Positions 54,473 to 64,000 of a DNA stretch of 64,000 nucleotides are shown one piece after another. The position numbers and the translations under genes are program-made. The stretch comes from Yuukianura sp. NJ FZ-2021 (lineage: Eukaryota). Under the pieces are notes generated by a model. The model made no database searches, was not told where the DNA came from, and saw only the letters and a list, made by a program, of their open reading frames with translations. The stretch spans positions 1,240,001-1,304,000 of the forward strand of contig CM102283.1 of assembly GCA_046563655.1 (NCBI GenBank), in the 5' to 3' direction. The number at the start of each line of letters is the position of its first letter. Within the stretch, counting starts at the first letter, position 1.

Positions 54473-55917
54473 ATGAAGTTATTTATAATTTTGATTTTTG
54501 GAATTTTGACACATTGTTGTTGGGCCAGTGAGGAATTCCTGACGGTAAAAACAAATTCAGGCTACGTTAGAGGAATCAAATCAACTTCAAGAAATGGAGA
54601 AAAACTTCAAGACAATGGAGATCAACTTCAAGAATTCAAAAACTATTTTTCAGGATTGTTCCACAGAGCAATTCACCACAGCGGTTCGTATTTGAATCCA
54701 TGGATGTGGCGCTCCATTGAAGATATGCAGGAAAGAGTTATCAAACTTGCGCAGCACTCGGGATGCTCAACTGACTCGAGCGACGAAATGATCGACTGCT
54801 TAGAGCAACAAAGTGTTGAGACCATCATCTTTGCTCAGGAAAAACTTTTCGTACGTAAAATTATTAACAACCAGAAACTAATTTTGCATAAGCTGTTTGC
54901 AAAATTTTGAAAATGCATTCTTATAAATACAGAAATTCTACTGGGATCCTATTATACGTTTCCCACCCGTAGCTGATGGAAGCATCCCCGGTGGCTTTAT
55001 GGCTCCAAATCCAGCCGACGCTCTTCACGAAGGAAGATTCCACAAAGTGCCAATAATTTTTACTGCATGTGCTGATGAAGGTCTTCTGTTTCACGCTGCA
55101 TGTAAAAATTCAAACACAGTTGGCGTCAAATATTTTCGCGATTTTTTAATTCTCATTTTTTGTAACAGCCATTGTCCAAAGTGAAGAGCATATCAAAGCT
55201 ATGAATGAAAACTGGGTAGAAAATGGCGGGGTTGAGGCTTGGCTTGAGGAAGATCCAAGAATTCCTGCGCTAAGTTCAGATGAAAAGCAAAGGTTAATGG
55301 CCTCAGTGTGGAACCACTACTTTGGACAAGGGAAGAAGCTCAAGGTCAATGACCCTTGGACCCTGCAAAGGCTAACAGAGTTCTACAGTGACCGGTTCTT
55401 CCTACATGGAATTGGGAAAACAGCTCTTGCCATGTCTCACCTTACCCCAGTGTATGTCGGGCTGTTCACTGACGTTGGTGCTGACAGCACAACGCGACTT
55501 TTTGGCTACAATCAAACCTTGGGCGTGGCGCATGTCGACGACCTCCAATTTTTCTTTCATGATTTTGGTCTCGGGGAGTTTCCCCATACTCCGAGACAGA
55601 AAGAATTTTCTGAAGGACTCATTGACATTTGGGTCAACTTTGCAGCTACTGGGTAAAATGAGTTCAAAATTTTATTTAACTTTCAGTAATTTGGATTTTG
55701 AATTTTTGGTTTTAGTGTGCCCTCTGGAACGGTGGGAAAAGAGCGATTTGATTGGCCGAAAGTTGCTGAAGATGAGAGGAACACAGGTGAATTGTTTTGG
55801 GTGGATCTAGGCAAAATTCCAAAGACAGTTCGAATTCCGTTTGCCAAAAGACTTGAAATTTGGGACCGAATTTATGAACAATACGGAAACGATCAATTAA
55901 GCCACGATGAACTGTAA
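54473..55917 (+). pseudogene. Internally deleted carboxylesterase lacking the oxyanion hole and catalytic Ser; ORF still in frame to HDEL
   Basis: Exon 1 (to ...STSRNG) is fused through a short filler to the exon-6 equivalent (GLFHRAIHHSGS). Exons 2-5 are absent; the later exons and splice sites are intact. Confidence 0.75.
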
Positions 55918-56534
55918 TGTATTTGAATAAAATTTTGGAAACTCACGCCTTGAATATCTCTACAACTTGAACAACTTTTTGATAAATTTTTGGATATTTT
56001 GAGTATTGGTACTTAGAATAGGAATTTGAAAATTTAAGAGCACTACCAAACCACTGTTTTAAAAATGCTTGCAACATGTGAAAAATGCTTTTACGATGAT
56101 TGCTGTTGGTAGCAGTGATTCGTTTTAAAGTATTTTTAAGTCCAATTCCAACATCTTTTGGGGCAATGCACGCTTCATCAGATCACAATTATTGTTTTAT
56201 TTTTTGCAAAACCTACAAAGCTTTTATTAAAATTATTCTCATTAAAAATTGTAACTTAATTTTTAAAAAAAGTGTATTTTCATATAAAAAATAGTGTACT
56301 TTTTTGTTTTGAAAACAAATACATTTCTCCGTAAGTGTATTGCTGAATTTTGCTAAAAACTTAAATTTTTGTCGATTTTTCACGGAAACTTGGTCAGGTA
56401 CATGTTGCAAATTATTTTTCGTTTGGTTTTGCTAACTAATCAAATCAATGAAGCGGTTACCGGTATTCTTGGAAGGAAAAAAATTAAAGGATATCCATTT
56501 CCTTCGCTCGATTTTTCCTTAATTTTATCAAGAC

Positions 56535-56542
56535 TATATAAA
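56535..56542 (+). promoter_or_regulatory. TATA box of the knottin peptide gene
   Basis: TATATAAA about 90 bp upstream of ATG 56628. Confidence 0.5.
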
Positions 56543-56627
56543 TGCTGGATATTTTGCGACAAGTAAATTAATCCGATTTTTTGAAGATCAAGTCAATTTT
56601 TATCCAAGCTCTGATACCCGGGTGAAA

Positions 56628-59600
56628 ATGAAGTTCTTTGCATTCTTGGTTTTGGCCACAGTCCTAGTCATCTCGGCCAATGTGGTCCAACAGGCTGAAG
56701 CAGTAATTAGCAATTCAAATATTCTTATTGTCACATTAATTATATTAATATTAATTATATTTTATTATATTTTATACATACAGAGACAACCAACCAAACA
56801 CTTGTAAAGTTTTTACCTTCAACCAGTATTCCGGAGCAAACGAATTGTTTTCCAAAATCAAACTAATCAACCTAATCAACTTGTAACATTGGATTACGAC
56901 GTTCGTCTATCAATATCAATTACAACTGGAACAGCTGATCTTACGTAAAAGTAAGTTCACATGTAAATGTTGACTCGAAGGTGCATATCCTATCCTACCT
57001 TGCATAAAGTCAAAAGATACTGGCACCACTTTGGTATATATCTAGGATATGCTGAATTGATGTTCTCTGATGACCTCAACCGATGATCAAAAAACTCGTG
57101 GTAGGAAAAGAAAATCCAAAAACGAAGATTCTCCCTCCTCAAAAGCGATGAAAATGGGTGATTTCGATCCTTCTACACTTCTCGCAGCCATAAACAAATT
57201 AAACGAAAATGTCAATGCAATCAACTCTACAATGGCCACCAACCACGCTGAGATTACCCGACAATTTCAATCCTTGAGTGCGGAGGTGACTACTATTAAA
57301 AATAGAATCCATGCTGCTGAAGATATCCAGAAGACACTCACTTCCCATGTCAATTCGCACGATTCAGACTTGGAGAGATTGCAAATTGCAATTAACAAAA
57401 GTAATTTAATCCTACACGGTCTCCAGTACACAAGCAACGAAACTACCGACTCCCTTAAGCTCGAACTTGACAGAATCTTTGCACTGGCCCTTCCAAATAT
57501 CAGTATTCCACTCATAGACGACAACTACCGTTTGGGTCGCCCAAGTCCGCAGAATCCATCAAAGCCAGTGAAGATCATTTTCAAATCACTGGAAGCTAGG
57601 AATACAATATGGAAAAATCGGAATCTCATCAAAAACGTGTCACCCCACATGAACATTACCCAGGATCTTCCACTCCAGACCAGGAAGAAACTTGCCGCCC
57701 GTCGTCAAAACCCGAACATGACCGAAATGCCGATCCAGAACCAGTCTAATCAAATTACGTACTCTCAAGCTACAGCACCACTTCCGAGTCAAACCACCTC
57801 TGGTTTTACACGCAGTAGCCTCACTCCACGTTCTCCGAATCGTCCTCCACAACCAAACCATAACTCAGCATGACTAACAACTAATCCCACAAGCAGAAAT
57901 CAGCTAAAAATTAGTGCACTAAATGTGTGTGGTTTCAATTCTAAGTGCGACTTAATAAAATTATTTCTTGACATGTACGCCATTGACATTCTTTGCATCT
58001 CTGAAACTCATCTCAACGTTGAACATCCTCCTCGTATCATTGATGGCTACTATTTCCTTCACAGTGACCGACTGTGGCAAGCGAAGGGTGGGGTTGGTAT
58101 CCTAATCCGATCATCTTTAAAATTTACACAAAAAGCAATAGTTTTGACTGAAAACCGTCAATTTGAGGCGATCAGTGCCTCCGTCCAACTTAATTACAAC
58201 AAATCCATCATCATTTCTAGTGTCTACAGAATTCCAATTTACACTTCAAAGGCAATCGATGCAGACCTCAACTCCATGACAGAACTTTTTAAAGAACTTG
58301 CGCTCTCCAAGAAAAATTGTTTTGTTCTTGGTGATTTCAACTTAAACAAAACGTACATTCCAGCCAAGTGTCACGCCAATTTCAAACAAACTACCTCCAT
58401 CTTTAACCAACTCATCACCAACCCAACCAGAGGCAGTTCAACACTTGATCTAATTTTTACTAATAATCCTAGCCTAATAGAAAACACAAGTGTATTTGAT
58501 CCCAGTATTTCAGATCACCGTGCTACCCTAATTTCAGTCAACCTAGTGAAACCCAAACTCCCAAAAGTGAACATTCTTTACGAAGACTATGCCAACTTTG
58601 ATTTTGAAGAATTTGGCCTGAAGTCCACTTTCACTACCTTCAATCACACTGAAAGCAACTTAGACTTGCAATTTCATGAATTTATTTCCAAAGTCAGCAG
58701 TAACTTCAGTGACACTATCAAACTTAAGAAATTATCGTTTACCCAACGCACGACTCCACTTACGATCTCAAGTAAAACGAAAACTCTTATCGCTGAGCGT
58801 GACTTACTGGCGAAAGATGCAAATTTGTCCAACCTTCAGAACGTGAAGCTCAACAAATTAAAAAAATTAGTGAAAGTGAATGTGAAATTAGACATGAGAG
58901 ACACACTAAATATTGCGATCAGTAAGCTTGGTCCTCACAAGGCAATAAACAAAATTCGCCCAAAAGCACAAAAACCAAAAATGTGCCTACACTTCACTCC
59001 TGACGAAATTAATGACTACTATATTTCAATTACAACTCCAAAATTTATTTCAAGTGTACTTCCGGTTAAACCTCCCGCAATCATTACACCCCTTGAACAA
59101 TTCAACTTCACCAAAATCACAACATCGGCACTGATCAAAACATGGAAGACAAGCAAGAATAAACTGAAAAAAACTAAAGATCAGTGTGGGTTCTCCAATT
59201 GGATTCTTTCCTATTGCATTGAAGCACCAAACATTTCAAATCAATTAGTTCACATTATTAACCAAAGTTTGACAAGTGGAGTCTTCCCACATTCGCTTCA
59301 GAACTCGGTTGTGATCCCGTTGCCAAAAGTTTGCAACCCAAAGCATCCTTCTGAAACACGGCCAATATCACTGCAACCACTCATCGCAAAATTATGTGAA
59401 AAATTCGCACATCAGCAGCTGAAAACTTTTTTCAATCGCCACAGTCTAATACACAAAAATCAATTCGGCTTTAGACAACACCACTCCACCACCACCGCTC
59501 AATTGGCTCTAACTGAGCTAGTTTATTCTAAATTACATCTTGGTGAAGTCTGCCTAATCATCTCCTTGGATTTGCAAAAAGCATTCGACACGGTTGACAA

Positions 59601-60938
59601 AAATATTTTAATTGAGAAACTCAAATGGTACAATGTTTCAACTCCATGGTTCGAATCTTACCTCAACAATAGGACTCAACAAGTAAACATCAAAGGGAAC
59701 CTTTCACAGCGAAAAACAACAATACTCTCAGTGCCACAGGGATCCATCTTAGGCCCGCTGTTATTTTCAATCATGATCAATGATTTACCATGGATAATCA
59801 AAGATGGATCTCCAATACTATTCGCCGATGACAATAACATTGTCATTGGAGGGAACCCAAAATTGATTGATCAATTAATTCTGAGAGCGGAAGTCATCAT
59901 TACCGCAATTGTTCAATGGATGAAGATCAACCATCTCAACATCAATATTGAGAAAACGAAGGTGCTACTGGTTGGAAACAAAAATACTGTGAAAAAAATT
60001 GGTCTGATCACCCTAAATATTGGAAATACTACAATCACAAGTGTAACTTCCTTCAAGACACTTGGACTGATACTAGATAACTCATTATCATGGTGTGAAC
60101 ACATAAGTGAAGTGGCTAAAAAGTGCAACAAAATCTTGTGGTCTTTTTACCCTATTCAGGACTTTCTATCCGAGTTTAACAGAAAACTAATGATAACTTC
60201 ATACGTTCTACCAATTCTAAACTACATGATCATACTTTGGTCCAACTGCAATAAGTCGACTTTCAACTGCGTCAACAAAATATTTAGACGGGCCATCCGA
60301 TTCATTTTCAAAATGCGCAAAAGAGACTGCGTTCGTTCCAAAGTCAACTTTACACTTAATTGGCTATTTCCAACCAACACCGGCATTGTAGAACACCTAC
60401 TCATCTACCGAAACTTGGTTTGCAACAAAATTCCGTACTTTGAGTCCATCACCTCAGAAATTTCGTCTCAGTCGTCCAATACAACATCTACCAGATCCGG
60501 TACATACGTCGTAAATAACAGGAAATACCACCCGAAATCGTTCGTTCCGACCGTGTCGCGTCTCATTAATTTATTACCCTTGGAATATCGTCCACTACTA
60601 ACCAGTACCAGTCCCTCCAAATTGCGTACAACCATAGCAGCGTACTTCCTAGAGAGGCAGCAAATCTCCGAACTTAACTATTTAAATTCTCTAGATGATA
60701 GCCTAGAATCGCTCCTTTACAATTTTAACTTACCTTAAAAAAAACAAAACAAACAACAACAAAAATTAATGAACTTTTAATTCAATTACATCTACTCATA
60801 TTTTTAACTAATTTTACAATTTACACCTTAACTTAAACTAACGTATCGCAATACTTCATTCATTACACTACTCACTACTTCTTATTTCACTGCAAGCATC
60901 CACGATGTAACTACCTGCATGCAGGGTATCAGTGGCAA

Positions 60939-60970
<32 letters not shown>

Positions 60971-61171
60971 ATTATTAACATAAGTTATATTAATATACTA
61001 ACTGTATTATATTAATAATTTAACTTGTGTATTTTCCGTCAGTGCGTCGGCCACGACGGAGCTTGCGTTGGAGCCAATGGGTCTCAAGGAAACTGCTGCG
61101 GTGGAATGCACTGTCAAAAGAATGATCCTTCATGGGCTCAGGGAAGATGCTACTACAACCCTGGAAAATAA
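56628..61171 (+). CDS. Alo-3/psacotheasin-like knottin (ICK) antimicrobial peptide precursor (exon 1 56628-56702, exon 2 61043-61171)
   Basis: Exon 1 = MKFFAFLVLATVLVISANVVQQAEA|gtaatt. Exon 2 after ttttccgtcag| = [48 protein letters not shown] pattern, NGSQGNCC and W..G.C as in beetle Alo-3. AATAAA at 61203. Confidence 0.88.
57070..57873 (+). CDS. LINE ORF1 (coiled-coil + RRM-like nucleic-acid-binding protein)
   Basis: Basic RGRKRK patch, heptad-rich region, NLILHGL, YRLG, PVKIIF, ITQDLP motifs typical of L1-transposase-like ORF1s. Confidence 0.85.
   Translation: MTSTDDQKTRGRKRKSKNEDSPSSKAMKMGDFDPSTLLAAINKLNENVNAINSTMATNHAEITRQFQSLSAEVTTIKNRIHAAEDIQKTLTSHVNSHDSDLERLQIAINKSNLILHGLQYTSNETTDSLKLELDRIFALALPNISIPLIDDNYRLGRPSPQNPSKPVKIIFKSLEARNTIWKNRNLIKNVSPHMNITQDLPLQTRKKLAARRQNPNMTEMPIQNQSNQITYSQATAPLPSQTTSGFTRSSLTPRSPNRPPQPNHNSA
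57874..60738 (+). CDS. LINE ORF2 (AP endonuclease + reverse transcriptase); open from the codon right after the ORF1 stop, with no AUG before the first EN motif
   Basis: LNVCG, ISETHL, GGVGI, GDFN, TLDLIF, SDH; RPISL, QFGFR, DLQKAFD, VPQGSILGPLLF, FADD. Confidence 0.93.
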   Translation, partial: LTTNPTSRNQLKISALNVCGFNSKCDLIKLFLDMYAIDILCISETHLNVEHPPRIIDGYYFLHSDRLWQAKGGVGILIRSSLKFTQKAIVLTENRQFEAISASVQLNYNKSIIISSVYRIPIYTSKAIDADLNSMTELFKELALSKKNCFVLGDFNLNKTYIPAKCHANFKQTTSIFNQLITNPTRGSSTLDLIFTNNPSLIENTSVFDPSISDHRATLISVNLVKPKLPKVNILYEDYANFDFEEFGLKSTFTTFNHTESNLDLQFHEFISKVSSNFSDTIKLKKLSFTQRTTPLTISSKTKTLIAERDLLAKDANLSNLQNVKLNKLKKLVKVNVKLDMRDTLNIAISKLGPHKAINKIRPKAQKPKMCLHFTPDEINDYYISITTPKFISSVLPVKPPAIITPLEQFNFTKITTSALIKTWKTSKNKLKKTKDQCGFSNWILSYCIEAPNISNQLVHIINQSLTSGVFPHSLQNSVVIPLPKVCNPKHPSETRPISLQPLIAKLCEKFAHQQLKTFFNRHSLIHKNQFGFRQHHSTTTAQLALTELVYSKLHLGEVCLIISLDLQKAFDTVDKNILIEKLKWYNVSTPWFESYLNNRTQQVNIKGNLSQRKTTILSVPQGSILGPLLFSIMINDLPWIIKDGSPILFADDNNIVIGGNPKLIDQLILRAEVIITAIVQWMKINHLNINIEKTKVLLVGNKNTVKKIGLITLNIGNTTITSVTSFKTLGLILDNSLSWCEHISEVAKKCNKILWSFYPIQDFLSEFNRKLMITSYVLPILNYMIILWSNCNKSTFNCVNKIFRRAIRFIFKMRKRDCVRSKVNFTLNWLFPTNTGIVEHLLIYRNLVCNKIPYFESITSEISSQSSNTTSTRSGTYVVNNRKYHPKSFVPTVSRLINLLPLEYRPLLTSTSPSKLRTTIAAYFLERQQISELNYLNSLDDSLESLLYNFNLP

Positions 61172-62800
61172 TTCAACACAAAATCTAAATGCAATTTAAA
61201 CGAATAAATCGATTTGTGCAATTAAAAAAATCGGTCTTATTAAAAAATAAATCCTCAAGCACTTTTGGTCAAATAAATCTTATTAGATTGGCACCAGCAA
61301 ACTTTTTTTTTGTGAAAACGTGATTCCGTAGATGTGAATTAAACTTCACATGAACGGCTCAGTAAAACCCAACAAAACGTAATCGAATCATTCTTGAGAA
61401 CATTTTGTTGTCGTCAAGACGCGCACCGATAGAGTATAACTATTCGAATACGAATATTCGAATACGAAGCCCTCTTTTTGGGACCTTCGAAATCCGAATA
61501 CCAATTCGAAGTATTCGAATAATTCTGCGGGAATACAATCTGGAGGAGAGGTTTGAAATATTTACTATACGTGTGCATTGTAACTGGCACAGTTTACAAT
61601 CTGTCTCACTCTGTTTTAAAAATTACAGTCTGTTTTGATTACTTTTACGTAATTAAATTAACAATTGTAATTATCAGAGTCTCAAAAAATATTTTCTATA
61701 AACTACCGAAATTATTTATATACATGTTTACTAAAAAAAACTGGCAAAATATTTGCTGAAATATTTAGTGAAAACAACGTTTCTGAAAATCACTGCAGTT
61801 AGACTCCCAAAAACATACAAATCATAAGGTTTAACCTTATAATTCTTACTCGAACCTTTAATTTGTGCTGTCGATAGACACTGGAAGTAATTTCCGGTAC
61901 AAATTTATACCCAATTTTTTTTAGTAAATCCGTTGGAATTTGGTAAGTAATTTCGGCGACTTCTTTACAAAAATCTTACCTGAAATAGTATGGTCATCGT
62001 TTTCTAGGACACCTCATACCGAAAAATATTCGTTTTTGGCCAAAATTTGGCTCAATAACTACAATTTTCTCAAAAACCCCCAAATATTTAGTAAATATTT
62101 CTTATTTTCAAAAATATTTATAAAAATTAATATTTAAAATATTGATAAAAAATATTTTTTGGGACTCTGGTAATTATAAAGAGACAATGAGTAAAGAGCA
62201 TAATAATTCAAAGAAATTGGTGGATTTAAGGTTTACCGATGTCCAAAGTAAAAGTTCGGACACTACATCAATTTGGCACATCAAAATAGGTGGAAGTATC
62301 TGGCAATATCAGTATCCACTTCTATCCAGCCATTTCTTCCGGATAAAACCGAATGAACTATACTATCCACTGGATGTCCACTGGACAAAACGTCAAAAAA
62401 TTGATATCCAGCAACTCTGTCTAATACCTCTCAGAATGGATGACACTTGACATTAAAAAAAACTTGACACGTAGTCCAATTGATTTTTTTTATCGAAATT
62501 TAGTCTGGGTAGACTAATCTATTTGTTCAAAGTTCACTCAAATTAGACCGTTTCAGTGCCTCAACTTTAACAATTTGTATGCAACCTATACTAAAGTGTG
62601 GAAAAGGAAAACAATAATCTTGTGGGATACTGATATGACAGGAATTCTCATAAGAGTTCAATATCACAAGACCGATCTCACCAAGATCAAGGTCTCATGA
62701 CGTCGAAGAGCTCCGCGTTTTGACGAGTGTCACTTGATTTCACACACATTAGTTTGCAGCAAGGCCGGTTACTCCAACTCAAAAGTTGTTAAAATTGGCA

Positions 62801-64000
<1,200 letters not shown>

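Larger units (their letters stand above)
56740..60970 (+). mobile_element. Apparently full-length non-LTR retrotransposon (CR1/L2-like LINE) inside the knottin intron; 5' boundary approximate
   Basis: ORF1, then an APE-RT ORF2, a 3'UTR and a (TAAA)n tail at ~60940-60970. Confidence 0.9.

Noticed and set aside
61430-61525. TATTCGAA palindromic repeats
   Set aside because: Likely a transposon subterminal remnant or HSE-like chance match; boundaries unsupported.

Overview
AT-rich, intron-containing eukaryotic DNA. The gene families look arthropod, most like a springtail (Collembola), but that is inference from family content. The first ~19 kb is gene-poor: one tetraspanin first coding exon plus many non-autonomous DNA elements (two Helitron copies, hAT MITEs with TSDs, satellites). 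From 19.5 kb on is a dense, tandem-duplicated defence/detox/chemosensory island. It holds two secreted BBE-like FAD oxidases, two divergent ionotropic-receptor-like genes plus a relic, a 7TM chemoreceptor-like gene, a frameshifted fungal-looking MFS transporter, four intact plant/fungal-type 'pathogen-related' (SnoaL/NTF2-like) genes plus a relic, and three carboxylesterase genes plus fragments. It also holds an Alo-3-like knottin peptide gene whose mature exon the ORF track misses because an apparently full-length LINE sits in its single intron. That LINE has ORF1 and ORF2 in the same frame, separated only by a UGA-CUA readthrough-type stop. All family calls come from motif recognition by eye; no database searches were run.
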